Source of the DNA: Auanema rhodensis
Taxonomy: Eukaryota; Animalia; Nematoda
Assembly (NCBI GenBank): GCA_964057225.1
Contig: OZ059900.1
Location: 14,012,001 to 14,076,000, forward strand
Length of the DNA stretch: 64,000 bases
Reading direction: 5' to 3'
Notes under the pieces: model-generated
Database searches by the model: none
Told to the model about the DNA's origin: nothing
Seen by the model: the letters and a program-made list of their open reading frames with translations, nothing else
Translations under genes and position numbers: made by a program
Part shown: one piece after another, positions 13,598 to 27,842 of the stretch
Position numbering within the stretch: position 1 is the first letter of the stretch
Layout of the letters: each line of letters starts with the position of its first letter

Positions 13598-16336
13598 AGC
13601 AGGAATGGTACCTATTTCTTTTTTGCAAACAGTATATATACTACAAGAAAATGCTGGTAAACTCCAATAAAAAAACTTTATTTAAACTATATTATCTAAG
13701 TATCATTTTAAAACTTGTTTACTAAGTTACTCATTAAAAATTTAGTTCAAATTTCAAAAACTTTGTAGATAAAAAACTTCAAAGTTTATGTTATACAAAT
13801 CTAAGTATTTTTCATTTTACTTCTATTCATCGGTCGAATACTAAAAAAATCGCAAAGTAGGTTTTAATTATAGAATATAAAATGCAGTCAAATCAATTCA
13901 TTAAGAGTTTTAAACCTCCGAATATCTTATAGTCAAGAAATGTTTTTATTGTTTTTTCTAATTTCAATACTTTTTTTCCCAATATCCTGCTGAATTATTT
14001 TGCAGTATTTATTTTTTATAATAATGTTGAAATTTGTCAGCAATATGACAGTTTGTCTAGATTTTTTGATTAATTTAAATAAATCAGTATTTGCTTCCGG
14101 TGGGAAAAGTGGATCAGAAAAAGGGATAGTTTTACGAAGATATCTTTGCAGAGTACACATCTGTCGTCAGATACTCGTCTCTTAAACATGTACTGCCTGA
14201 AAATGACCAGATGTCTTTCGTATTTTATATCACTCCATTCAGCTACTACTACTATTTGATTTTTTTTTTTGTATTTTTTCCTCAGATCTTTTCCCATTTT
14301 ACAAATTGTGCAATATGTTTTATTAAATTTTATATATTTGATATCATCAAATGTTTTGTTGAGTTTTCAATAACTGGTTCATCTTTAAACTATGAGATAA
14401 AATTGAGAAGAAAGAATGAATTCGGATTTTAATATGAGAAAAATCGGATCAATAATTGAAGTGTCAACGGCCAAAACTAAACAAGCAGATGAATTTCGTT
14501 CTGCTCTATAAAAACTAAATATTTAAAATCAGGAATTTCTTGAAAGTTTTTGAAATCATATTTGAAATATAAATTCATTCTTTTGTTTATTTTTTAAATT
14601 TATTAAAATACTTTCATAACCTTTTTACATAATTAGTTTATTTGATGAATTTGAATCATTACATCTATTTAAAGTCACAATATCTTTCAGCTTTTTCTCT
14701 GCCGTTACGTCTGCTATGTCATTCAATACTCAACTGACCATCGAACCTTGCAAACTTAAGAAACTTTCTTTGTGCACTCGTCTTGCTTCACATATTTCAT
14801 CATAGAGAACTTATTAATTAATATATTCTTATTAAACTTAATTCTTCAAAATTATTTAAATATTATTTATAAACATAACAATAACAAATAAATTAATATA
14901 TATTTATTTATTATAGTTTTATGATTTCTTCAATGTTTTATCTATTTTAACATTTCTTTAAATTGTTTCTCATCAATCATCATTTTATAATTTAGAATAT
15001 ATATATTCCTTTGCTCAACGTGTTGCATAAATACAAATAAAACAGTGACAGCAATTTTTCAATAGGCAAATATCTTATTTCTATAATCATTTAATTATGT
15101 TGTCGTTCAAAAACAATGATAAAGTAAGTTGATTTTTACTATTCGGATAACATATTAAGAAAAAGCTGATCGTTATACTAGAAAATGCTTTTTTTTTTGT
15201 TGCTCATTGAAAACGCTAAACTCTTCAATTTCTAATTATTCATCCAATATTCTATAATAGGTACAACGAAATTGCTCGATCACAGTTGCAACGACATGGT
15301 GTAGCAAGAAGAAACATTTTCGAGATACTGAAGAATGGAAATTAAAAAAAGCCCGAATCATAAGGAAATTGAGAGCATTATCAAAAATAAATTTAGCTCT
15401 TGTGCTGTCTCGAATGCCGGTTAGTTTTCTTCAAACTTTTTTGATAAAATAGTCAAGTGGTCATTGAAAAGTCAATTACATTTGAATAACAATATAGCTA
15501 TTAGTAACAATAATAACATTAGTGTTATAATTCAATCTGATGAGGAAATGTGAACTTGAGCATTACTTTGATGAGAACTTATTGAAAAATATCAAAATCC
15601 ACCGTTCATTATAAAGCTATAGTCTTAAAATTGTTATTTATTCGAAATCTGTATCCACTCAGGAAGGGTCTCTTATATCAACATTTGGAGTGCCACTACT
15701 GTTTATTTAATACTTCATCTAAGGTTTAGTGTTGTTCACCCATACGCTAATAACGACAAATAGCTGAACAGACTTAGATAATTCTGATCAATATTGTCAC
15801 TTAATCAGCTTCTATCTTTTATACAACTTGAAAGCATCAAATTTTCAACAACTATGGTAATTTTTTCTTTTTTCAAACTAAGATCTATGTGCATAGTTAT
15901 TGTTTATTAGCGTTTTTCTTTTTTATGCTTTACATATCTGAACAACATGCTGAAACCTAAAAATGATGTAAAAGTCATGAATTGGCTTCTGCTACTTTAC
16001 AATTGAGGCATCCTGAGCCAATCCCGTTGTAAGCTTGAAGAAAATGATAGTGTGTGTTGAAGAGAAAAGAAAAAGAAAGCAGTATTCACTATTTTCTAGT
16101 GCCAGATTGATGCCAGCTGACTCTTTTTCAGAACTTTTCAGCTTCTATGATCTTCAGCTATATTGCCATTCAGCTTAACACATCTAATTCTTTGAGTTTT
16201 TCTCAATATTTTTTCGAATATTTCTATTTAGTTGTTTTTAAAATTGAAACATTTCAGTAGTACATTGTAAAGTAGTATAATTTTTTCAGTTATATTCATA
16301 AAATTGAAAAAAAATTTCAACTGATTGAATATAATC

Positions 16337-18880
16337 ATGACAGCCATTTTTGATATGACACGTCGAGTTACAATGGTCGATGACAGTGACTTCAAAGCAA
16401 AACTTGAGGCAGATGAAAATGAATCTCTTGATACCACCCCTCAATTAGTAAAGCCACAGACTCATGGACCTAAAAAGGCAAGAACAGTCCCTGTTCATTT
16501 CAAAAAAGACAATTTAATGCTAAATATAACAATTATATCTGCTTATTTATATCCTTACGCATTTTTTTCTTTTTAGACTATCGAAAAGCTGCCCGAAAAA
16601 GTACTTCAACAAATTTTTTCATATTTACCATCACAACAAGTAATATTCAGTTGATATATGTATATAACTTTTGTGTGCATTGTCTCTTTTCAAGATTTTA
16701 CAAGTTGGAACTGTGTGTCAGAGATGGCATCAGGTTTCTGTAAATCCCAGTTTGTGGAAATTTGTTTCATTTCGTCCAGCTTATGGAGGAATCTCAGTAA
16801 GTATACAATTTATAAAACAAATAACTATACACATATAAATAACTACAAGTACATATATTTATATTTATTACTTGTGGTTAAAAAAATTTTTTCAACTATG
16901 AAAAGTTATTGACATTTCAATTTAAGGTAAGGTATCCAGAAAATATTCCAAATTTGATAGGCACTGTTTTTCCTGAACTACGAATAGTAGAATTAGCAAC
17001 GGATTTAATTAATCCTAACGTTCTTCATGAACTAGCGAACAAATGTCAGAAATTACAGCATATTACACTGGGTTTGTATGCAATTGTAGCTCATTTTATA
17101 TCCAAATCATGAAATTAACCTTTTTAGACTTTTCAACAGCTATGCAGTTGCATGATTTCACTGATTTGCAATGTTTTCCATCTAGACTCAAATCACTCAC
17201 GCTGTGCCTGTCCGAGAACATTTTTTTGGAAGGCTTTTTACGAAAAGTATATACTTTCATATCATCGGTTCAAGTACTTCATATTATTGGTTAGTTCATT
17301 TTCGATCTTTAGAATTTCGCCATATTTCGTGTAATGATTATTAATAATATAAACGACTCAAATGGAAAAATGGAATGAAGATTACAGATTAATGCAATAA
17401 TCTGCACTGATACGAATGATTTTTATCATATCGTGATATTTAATCTGTTCTCATAAAATTGTTTTGTAGCTTGTCAAATATTCATTAGCTTTTACTATAG
17501 GAACTTACGAAAAAGTTGAAGATGAGGAAGAGGAAGTCTATGAAACAGTTAATATCTATAAGTTAAAGCAATTTCTACCAAATCTGGTTGTTGTTAATCT
17601 ATGGGGGGTATGAACTGAAGTACAAGTAATGGTTTATAACTCAACGTTTTTTTAGGTTCCTTTCATTACCGATGAACATGTAGATGCGATCTCATCAAAT
17701 TGCGCACATTTAGAATGTTTATGTGTTAACTACTGCTGCAAGGTTAATGGCTCATGTTTGAAACTTGTATTACAAAGATGTAGAAAACTGAAAAGCTTAT
17801 TTTTAGCTCATACTAGTGAGTATAATACGCAATTCCTCCAAAAATTTATTCAACTTCTCATCATATTTTCCAGAATTGGATAATAGTGTCATAAAACAAG
17901 TGGAGTGGGAAAAAACACGTTTAGAAGAATTGGATATAAAGGTATACTGACATACCTAACTCTATACCCTCAGCTCATATATCACTTTGTTAAGGGAACA
18001 GAACTATCAACCGATTCTCTTATTTATATATTAACTCGTTTGCCACACCTCGTCATGCTTGACGCAGGATTTTTAGAAAATATGAACGATTCTGTTTGTT
18101 TTACTCAATTTTGAAAGTAATGATGACAAACTACTTTAGGTTCTCGAGAGTTGGATGCAATCTAACGCTATGAGCAATTTGCGTTTCTTGGGTCTTGACA
18201 CTTGTGATTCTTTAAATGAAGCAGCTTTGACCGATTTAATTATGAGATATGGTAAACAATTGGAAGGATTATTGCTTGGTGGTCATCACAAATTGCTAGA
18301 ATATTTTTGGATGAATATGATTCCAGAATTGAATAATATCAAGTTAAATTTGAGTAAATACAGACCTGAGCTAAGCAATTCATTTATAGAGTATTGGTGA
18401 TGGGTATAGCAGAAGACTGCTGCCCAAAAGTTGTAGCTAAGATACACATTGATCAGTTTATTGACTGTATTGCTCAAAATTGTCCCTCACTTACCCGACT
18501 GGAAATAAGATGGGATGATGATACATTACGATTTTCAGATAAATCAAGGTGTTGAAACAACATAAAATAAAAATAAAAATATCAATTTAGCAAATTCATT
18601 GACGTGTTACGGATGAAATGCCTTCGTTTGCATTCAATTGTACTTAGTGATGGTCAATATTATGAACTTGTTCGTTCTAACTTTGAAAGGGCAGATAGGA
18701 TGTCAGTAGTTAGGTGAGTTCCAAAACGACAGTGTGTAGTAGAAATTCAAAAACATAACTTAAGACAAGGCTTGAAATTTGAATCTATACTATTATATAT
18801 TATATTGCAGAACGACAGAAATGTGCCGAACAGGACTCATGCATACTTCCAAGTTTTTCAGTCAATTGCTTTTCAACTAA
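16337..18880 (+). CDS. F-box/leucine-rich-repeat (FBXL-type) protein
   Basis: F-box TIEKLPEKVLQQIFSYL...VCQRWHQVS followed by AMN1-type LRRs (CQKLQHITL, CAHLECLCV, CRKLKSLFL, CPSLTRLEI); C-terminus NFERADRMSVVRTT...LLFN*. Confidence 0.88.
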
Positions 18881-19325
18881 AACCAGAACCGGACTAATAA
18901 TACGACTGATAACGTTATATTTGTCTTGTTACAAATTTTCATAGCTCTTATGAATTTCACTCCATACCCACAGTTCCACTCTGTGTACAGAATACATGTT
19001 CGATAAAGATTTTAGAATTTTTGCTCATTAACTATGTGAATAATGAATGCATTTAATCTTCGGTTTTCTTAAACGATTCAAATCGTGCGGTCACATGATA
19101 ATTAAGCAGATGGCTTTTTCTATTGATTTGTCTGATAAGCTCAAGCTGATTAGCTCACAGTTCCGTATTTAATCACAGCCAGTTAGATATATAATCAGTA
19201 ATGTCGTCTGTGGCAATTTATTTAATTTTTCTAGTTAACGAAGGTATTCAAGACTGATTTTCGTCTCTATTCTGATATTACGCAATTAGTTTATGTTAAA
19301 ATGAGTAATCAAATACTTTTTCAGA

Positions 19326-19676
19326 ATGCGTTCCCTTATTGTTTTGGCTATTGTTGCCGTCGCTGTTTCAGCTATCGCCATCCCATTGGAGCTTTCCAAT
19401 ACCGCTGAATGCCTTATGTGTGAAGTAGGAGTCAAGGTCGCCGACCCAGCCGCTGATAAGGATGCCAAAATTATTGAGAAGGTATTTGATGTTTAGTGAT
19501 TGAAATCTATGCTGTTTCTCTAGGACTTCATTTATGAGTGCGAAAGAGTTATCCCAGGAAAATTAGGAGCCTATGAATGCAAGAAGTACGCTGACAAGGA
19601 ATTGGGAGGCATCATCAAGGAGCTCGAATCTGGAACTGCTCCACAAGACGTATGCAAGAAAATCAAAGCTTGCTAA
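19326..19676 (+). CDS. Saposin-like protein (spp/caenopore family)
   Basis: Signal peptide plus saposin-B six-Cys pattern CLMC...ECE...ECK...VCKKIKAC*; one intron; TTTTCAG acceptor immediately before the ATG. Confidence 0.92.
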
Positions 19677-20331
19677 TTTTCTTTCATCCTTTGTAGTCTA
19701 ATAAAAGTATAACTAAATTCAAGATATTGTTTTTTCAAGTTTAAAGCTTGAAATAATAAATAATTTTGGTAGATTTGAAATGTTTTTGACAATATATTAA
19801 ACTCATTCTTCCATAATATTATAACATTCATTATCACAAAAAAATATAATGGCATACACATAGATCAAAATTTTATTACTATTTAGACTTTCAGAAACAA
19901 TAGGTATATCATATCTTATCATATGAAATATTAATTGCAGTTATGAAATAGTAATGTCGTCAAGATATGACGGACATTATTATTACCAACTGAACATTCT
20001 TGAATATGCTTATGAGCGTAAAGAGCATTATGTTCCAAATCAGAAGGGTAATAAAATTTTTATTGGTTTCCGTGTTCTGCATCGTCTCTTATCGATAAAG
20101 CGTATTTGCTTTACGAGAAAGGGTCATTGTTGAGAAAACAATATAAATTCAGGATAAAATACGTATTGCTCTGTCTTATGCTGACGATCCAATTCTCATT
20201 ACTCAAAAAATATAATAATAGCAATATATAATACTATTAGTTGTTGATATTGTGTTAAAAGTAGAATATTTATTGAAAATAGTAAATTTGTTGAAAAATG
20301 ATATGAATCTAATCATGCCTCCTGGCCCAGA

Positions 20332-21290
20332 TCACCTGGTCTGTGGCGATACACTATCTTGTACACCACGATTTCTGATAACCTGAGTCATTCTAATTCT
20401 TCTTTTCTGAAACAAAAATAGACACAACCACGTGCTTGGAAATACAGTATTTACCTCTTTCTTTCGGTTCTGTTGAGCTTGTTGTTCATGATTGACATAA
20501 ACGAAAAACAAAAACAGAAGAACAAAAGCTGCACCCAGCCCCACAGCTAATGACCAAACCCAATGAGGCAAGTTAGACTCTTAAATTTTTCAAAATATTT
20601 TTGAAATTGCTTAGAATGAAACCAAAATCTTGAAAGACGGAGATATCTGTGACATCGAATAAACCAACTTCAGCGTTGCACATCTTCTTGTTACAGCAAC
20701 AAAACATTGTATCTTTTTGATTATTTTCATCACGAATTTCATAACACTAGAAATATATTTTTTTAGTTTTCATTAACAAAGATACGATGGTTTTACTGTT
20801 TTTCTGTCACAGTAGGGCTGATCAGCTACTCTATATGTCCAACAGCCTTGCTCTAGCATTTCAAATGTGGAATTCTGTGTAATCAATATAATATTGTTGC
20901 TTGAATCAAATTATATAGAATTTAATTATTCGAAAGATTTTAGTTGAATTTTCAAGAAATTTTAAATCTGTAAGTGAAATACAGCAATGTTATTTCAAAT
21001 ATAATAAAATATTTCTTATCATGTTAATTGCATGCAAATATTTACCATGAATTTTCTCGTTTCTCGCTTGAACAAACTGTAACAGCCCGTAATTAGATCA
21101 CTAGAGCCTGTTTTATCCACTGGACATAGAGTTGTCTTCATTTTTGTGTTTGAACTCTGATGAAACTATAAAATACAATGTAATTAGATTTATAAAAGTT
21201 ATAACTCACAGAACAGCTGATATACTTCAAATGCATACTTGTAGTGAGTATATAAACACACAAATAAAGTGTGAAATGCAGAAACAAATT
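20332..21290 (-). CDS. Activin/TGF-beta type II receptor-like ectodomain + TM + short tail, no kinase domain (5' end unresolved)
   Basis: Spliced product ...YISCS-FHQ...TLCPV...TGCYSLFK...EMLEQGCWTY...PYCDRKTCYE...MFCCCNKKMCN...LPHWVWSLAVGLGAAFVLLFLFFVYV, then a ~36-aa basic tail and stop at 20332. Ten Cys occur in ActRII-like order. Confidence 0.75.
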
Positions 21291-21757
21291 AATATTTGGT
21301 TCGTTTTGTGGCTCTTCATGATATTAGTCATTTTACATTGATTAATCATAATAAATGGTCATGATGACTATATATGATAAATATTTGTTAGTGGAATGAA
21401 TGTTTGAGATGAATAATTTCATTGTTTTTTCATGTTTTTTCACTAGTATTAAGTAAGAATGAATTGATTTATGTTTTTATTGATGTCGATCTAAAAATAT
21501 TCACTTTACAACTTCAAATAAAGAATAAATACAAACTTATTTAAATGATGAAATAGCGTTATTTAGAACTTTAAATGCATTGCTCAACTTTATACAATTT
21601 TGTAATGGAAAGAACGGAACAAGCATAGCAAGATGAAAATAAGAAAATACAATAAGAAAAATACACGTTCATAAGGAAATATAATATTATTAGTTTTGTA
21701 GAATAGAATTTTATACAAATCTTTGTTTCAAATGAGGATATATATGTAAACGAATGA

Positions 21758-23178
21758 TCAATTCAACAAACTAGCCTCAATTGGTGTTCTAACAGTTTTC
21801 GTTCTTTTTGTTCTTCGACATTTAGCACAGAAATATGATATGTAATAGCTCCATTGCTTTCTGAAATATGATAGCATTATCGATATATATTTATATATTA
21901 TTTTAAAAAACACCTGTACTGCTTGATGACAACAGCAGTAATAAGTGCATCAAGTAATGGACTACTAGCTAGCCATAACTGCGTTATTGTTATTACATAT
22001 GAGTTTGTAATTGGATCCGTTAAAAGAATAGCTGATGATAAAGTTAAAAATGCAGGCACCTAAGAGAGACAATCATAAAAGTTTGAAGATTTGAAAAAAA
22101 ACCTGACAAATAAGGGGAACAATAGCTTGAGCAAGGGTAGCAAATGCTACTTGCCTTGTTTCTATTAGTCTTGCTTCATCTTGAAGATTTTGAACAACAT
22201 GTATATGACGTGCTAAAATTGGCTGTCAAAATTTGAAATAAAAACAAACAAAAAGCAAAAACATAGTTCAATAATTAGGATAATCTTATTGATATCTTAC
22301 CTACTATTTGGAATACCATATAATTTGAAACAAATGCAATTATATATGCCATAACAGTAGTAAAGCCATAAAGTATGAAAGTAATTTTTGCACTATTATA
22401 ATCTTGAACGCTCATTATCTTAAAATTAAAAAAAAATTTTTAATTGTTATGTTTTGATTTACATAAAGAAGAGAGACGGGAAGAAAATCCGCAAACAGAC
22501 AAAAAATCACTGATATTCCTCCGAGACAAAGCTAAAAGTTGTTATAAGTTGTTATTGTTTAGTTGTTTTATATTCTTATATATTTTTCTTTAAAATACGA
22601 ACCGAACGATATGCTCCAGCATGTGTTAATGCTAACACGCGACTAATCGAAATAGGTAATACAGCCCAGATCATAACGCCGAAAGAACCGTAGAAAGCCA
22701 AAGCAGAATATGTCATCATGCTATGAAAGAATATGAAAGTTTTGAATACAAAGTAAGCGAGATTACCTTATTGAGAACTTTTTTTGTAAATCGGTAATAT
22801 TAATATATCCCATAAAAACATACAATAGCCCACATGCAATATCAACTAAAGCTAAATTTGCAATAAAATGCCTAAAGCCCAAAAAGTTATGTAAAGTTGC
22901 GATTATTGTAGTCAAACCTATAGTTTGTTTTGATCTTAGAATATGATGTAAGAACAATTAAGATATTAGCTATAATACCAAGAACTGAGAAAGTTATTAT
23001 GAAAAGTGCCATCACATTCATCAATTTGTCCTTTGAAAATAAAAGAAAATTATGAAAAAAAAATTAATTGAAGTTGTACCTCTGATGTCATAATGTCAAA
23101 GTTTTCAGGCAACTCCAAATTATCATGGCTGTCATTAAGTTCAGCCCAAATTTCATTTTTTTTATTGAAAATATGCAT
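21758..23178 (-). CDS. Class A-like 7TM GPCR (nematode chemoreceptor-like)
   Basis: Spliced ORF with TM1 FSVLGIIANILIVL, TM2 HFIANLALVDIACG, TM6 FATLAQAIVPLICQVPAFL, TM7 WLASSSTITALITAVVIKQYR. Confidence 0.85.
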
Positions 23179-25480
23179 TCACCTGTATACATAATTTAAA
23201 AAAAACATTTAAGAATGAAAATTACAAAAAATAACTTAAAATAAAACCAAAAATGGAATATAAAAACGGAAAGGAATCATTGAGCTGAAATTGGGGAGCA
23301 ATATTAGTCATTTGAAAATTAAAGACTTCGAGCATAGTATAGGGTTTCAGATGAGGTTTCATATCAAATCTGATGCCTTACAATATATGTAGAAAGTGAA
23401 AATTTTGAGATTTTCGAATGACTTGATTGAAACAATAACTTCAAAATAAAGCAACAAAATAAGAACTCTTGTTAAATATATGTTTTGATTTCTTTGTAAA
23501 AACAATAGAAAATATGGTGCAAGATATATTATTTTGGCATATCAACACCATTGTGATAATACATGAAGCAATTATGCTGTTTTCACCAATGCATGAAATG
23601 TTCTTGCATTTGTTGAGAAAAGTTGTTAAAATCAATTATCTTGAATGCTAGTCAGGATTTTGTACATGAGACATTTGCAATGCGGTTCTGAATATCAAGT
23701 TGCATTAGAAATTTAAAGATTGTGCATTTAATAGAACAATCAATAAAACATGACGGTATAAAGCATTTTTGCAGCAATCATCATATAACAAAAAAGGAAC
23801 ATTGAAAAATATTTTTAGCCAAATTGCAACAACAAATAGGTTTGTTTTATAAAATTTTATATTTAGCAAATTAGTATAATTACGAGAGTATAGGCAAGCA
23901 GCATTTAGTTTTGACGAAAAAAAAAGTATCAAAGTAGAAAGTAGAAAAAGAAGTGTATGTAGAGATATTGAAAAAATTCAGAACTAATATCTCCTAGAAA
24001 ATATCTGTTGGTGATAAATTCCGAGAGACAAGAAAAGAGAGTTCGAAGACATCTGTCTACTATTTCGTCAAACAGAAAAATCTCCATCAACACTGTTAAC
24101 ATAATTGCTTACAATAGAGGAATATAAGGCGATACTATTGTTATAAAACAAACAAACAATTAATAAATTAATTGAGTAATTCAAAGCAAGTCTGTGGTAT
24201 ATTCATGAAAAGTTTAGAAAAGCTGTTTAAGAACATGATTAGCACTAATAATGTGTTGAAGAATAACTTGAAATAAATTGAACATGTCAACGCGTTTTGT
24301 TACAATTGCATTTACAATCACATACAAACAAAATTACCTTTGACGAGAGAAAGCAAATGAAAAGGATGGATAAAGTGACAGTTTGAAGAGAAGCAGAAGA
24401 ACCGAAGTAGAAGAAGTAGTATCAATTTCCGAAAATTTCTCAATGGGCGAAAGGCAAAGCTAAGTCAACAAATCTGATTGAGAACGAAAGTCCGCTCTAG
24501 TTCAATCCTTGTCTTCTGTGTACAGTTTGAAAATAGTCGATATTAGTATTCAAGCAAGAGAAGAAAAAATAGGAGAAAGGTTCACAGTATCGTAGTATCT
24601 CAATTTGTATTCATAGTTTTACTTTACATTTACAATAAATAATTTTCATACATATAGGAAAACATAATAAACGTTGCGAATCAACACTACGAATGAAATA
24701 TCTGTTTTACTTGTTATCCCAAATTCTTATCCACAGAGCACTTGTATTTTTATCTGAACAAATCATCTTTACACTGTCAACAGGAGAAATCATCAAGGGT
24801 TTTGCAAGAAATAAGTTGGAGTCTATAAACATGGAAACATTGGCCAACGAATTGAGAGTCTCTAGTAATACATTCTCAAAGATCAAGGAGTCATCAATGT
24901 TAAAAGAAACCTGTTTTATTTAAATTTACGATGCCTCTTCAATCAGTATTCAATAAAGACAATAATTGTTCTGCGATTTCCAGACGTAGGGCTTCATCGA
25001 GCTAATCATGTCGAATATGAAAAAATTGGAAACCGTATAGTAATTTTGATCATTAATAAAAGAACGTTGTATTTATTAATCTAATCAAACTTGCCAAAAC
25101 AATATTAAACATCTTTATCGTCCAGCCTTTTTCTTGAAATCCCTTTTTTTACATCATAATAATAAAATTTTTGTTTTCTTTATTTTCGAACTTTCATATA
25201 TCATAGGTCTAGGTCATTTCGAACAACCAATTGATATGGTCAGGCTTAAAAGTAAAGCATTACATATGCTAATACTATCTCTTGAGAATAGATACATATG
25301 ATATGATAGAATGGAAAAATGAAAAATCATTTGAGACAAAGAATTTATTGAAATTCAAATTAAGCAATATACAAATCAAATATTAAAAATGAATAGAACA
25401 AAAATTAAAAAAAGTATCTCAAGATAAAAGTGATAATTTCGATACAAGAATCAATATAATAATAACGAATCAAATAAATC

Positions 25481-26200
25481 TCATTTGGAAGCAGATATCG
25501 TGGAGTTTAGAACTTCACTAACACGCGAATCCGTTAAATTGTCCACCGTCGAATCGCATAGTGAAAGATGTGGTGAAGATTGCTGCATAGAATTCGTTGG
25601 TTTAACGATTACAGTGGATGATGTTTGTTGCGATTGGGCACTTCTAATAGCCGTTTGGACTGCTAAACAGATATCAGAATCGCCTAATTCTTCTGAGTAC
25701 ACGGAGCTGCTGTCTTCATCGGCTTCTGCACTTGATTCAAGCGTATTGGACTTAGCACGAGGTAAGGCTATTTTAATAACTGCGTGATCTGTTTGATCAA
25801 TGTTAGAAGCTTCAAGAGTAGGGTCCACTACGTTATCTTTTGATAAACTTTGATTAGTTTTTTCAGAAAGTAATGCAGAAGACGTTGCAACGGTATTAGT
25901 GTTTTCAGATTGAGCAATGTGTTCAGTCAGCAATTTCTTGTCATCCGTGTCCTTCTTGTCGTTTGTGTCCTTTTTGCCTTTCTTGTTCTTTTTCTTTCTG
26001 TCATCTTTTTGCTCTTTACTTTCCATTTTTTCCTTATCACCGTCGTTCTTGTTGTCCTTCTGGCTACCGTTATTTCTTTCTCCCTCATTTGGATCTGTCT
26101 CGTTCTAATGGCACCCTTAATTTTTTTGCTGACTGTCACTTGTTTCCATTGGTTGGATTTCCATTTGACCATCATCCTTTTTATCATCATCTCTCTGATC
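25481..26200 (-). pseudogene. Truncated copy 1 of the last exon of the 34150-44120 gene
   Basis: Near-identical to 34150-34890, but with in-frame stops upstream of MESKE (CAA AAA AAT TAA GGG TGC CAT TAG) and 3- and 18-nt deletions. Confidence 0.85.
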
Positions 26201-26661
26201 GAAAAATTGGAAACCGTATAGTAATTTTGATCATTAATAAAAGAACGTTGTATTTAATAATCTAATCAAACTTGCCAAAACAATATTAAACATCTTTATC
26301 GTCCAGCCTTTTTCTTGAAATCCCTTTTTTTACATCATAATAATAAAATTTTTGTTTTCTTTATTTTCGAACTTTCATATATCATAGGTCTAGGTCATTT
26401 CGAACAACCAATTGATATGGTCAGGCTTAAAAGTAAAGCATTACATATGCTAATACTATCTCTTGAGAATAGATACATATGATATGATAGAATGGAAAAA
26501 TGAAAAATCATTTGAGACAAAGAATTTATTGAAATTCAAATTAAGCAATATACAAATCAAATATTAAAAATGAATAGAACAAAAATTAAAAAAAGTATCT
26601 CAAGATAAAAGTGATAATTTCGATACAAGAATCAATATAATAATAACGAATCAAATAAATC

Positions 26662-27381
26662 TCATTTGGAAGCAGATATCGTGGAGTTTAGAACTTCACT
26701 AACACGCGAATCCGTTAAATTGTCCACCGTCGAATCGCATAGTGAAAGATGTGGTGAAGATTGCTGCATAGAATTCGTTGGTTTAACGATTACAGTGGAT
26801 GATGTTTGTTGCGATTGGGCACTTCTAATAGCCGTTTGGACTGCTAAACAGATATCAGAATCGCCTAATTCTTCTGAGTACACGGAGCTGCTGTCTTCAT
26901 CGGCTTCTGCACTTGATTCAAGCGTATTGGACTTAGCACGAGGTAAGGCTATTTTAATAACTGCGTGATCTGTTTGATCAATGTTAGAAGCTTCAAGAGT
27001 AGGGTCCACTACGTTATCTTTTGATAAACTTTGATTAGTTTTTTCAGAAAGTAATGCAGAAGACGTTGCAACGGTATTAGTGTTTTCAGATTGAGCAATG
27101 TGTTCAGTCAGCAATTTCTTGTCATCCGTGTCCTTCTTGTCGTTTGTGTCCTTTTTGCCTTTCTTGTTCTTTTTCTTTCTGTCATCTTTTTGCTCTTTAC
27201 TTTCCATTTTTTCCTTATCACCGTCGTTCTTGTTGTCCTTCTGGCTACCGTTATTTCTTTCTCCCTCATTTGGATCTGTCTCGTTCTAATGGCACCCTTA
27301 ATTTTTTTGCTGACTGTCACTTGTTTCCATTGGTTGGATTTCCATTTGACCATCATCCTTTTTATCATCATCTCTCTGATC
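26662..27381 (-). pseudogene. Truncated copy 2 of the same last exon
   Basis: Same ORF translation as copy 1, offset by 1181 bp. Confidence 0.85.
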
Positions 27382-27842
27382 GAAAAATTGGAAACCGTAT
27401 AGTAATTTTGATCATTAATAAAAGAACGTTGTATTTAATAATCTAATCAAACTTGCCAAAACAATATTAAACATCTTTATCGTCCAGCCTTTTTCTTGAA
27501 ATCCCTTTTTTTACATCATAATAATAAAATTTTTGTTTTCTTTATTTTCGAACTTTCATATATCATAGGTCTAGGTCATTTCGAACAACCAATTGATATG
27601 GTCAGGCTTAAAAGTAAAGCATTACATATGCTAATACTATCTCTTGAGAATAGATACATATGATATGATAGAATGGAAAAATGAAAAATCATTTGAGACA
27701 AAGAATTTATTGAAATTCAAATTAAGCAATATACAAATCAAATATTAAAAATGAATAGAACAAAAATTAAAAAAAGTATCTCAAGATAAAAGTGATAATT
27801 TCGATACAAGAATCAATATAATAATAACGAATCAAATAAATC

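Noticed and set aside
13930-14430. Overlapping short ORFs, one with a CxxC...H pattern (CVLCKDIFVKLSLFLIHFSH)
   Set aside because: No coherent exon structure and imperfect zinc-finger spacing; plausible chance ORFs in AT-rich DNA.
24707-25010. Exon-like minus-strand segment (VSFNIDDSL...RIWDNK*) next to the tandem array
   Set aside because: The upstream piece has stops in all three frames and I recognise no homology; at most an unassignable gene relic.
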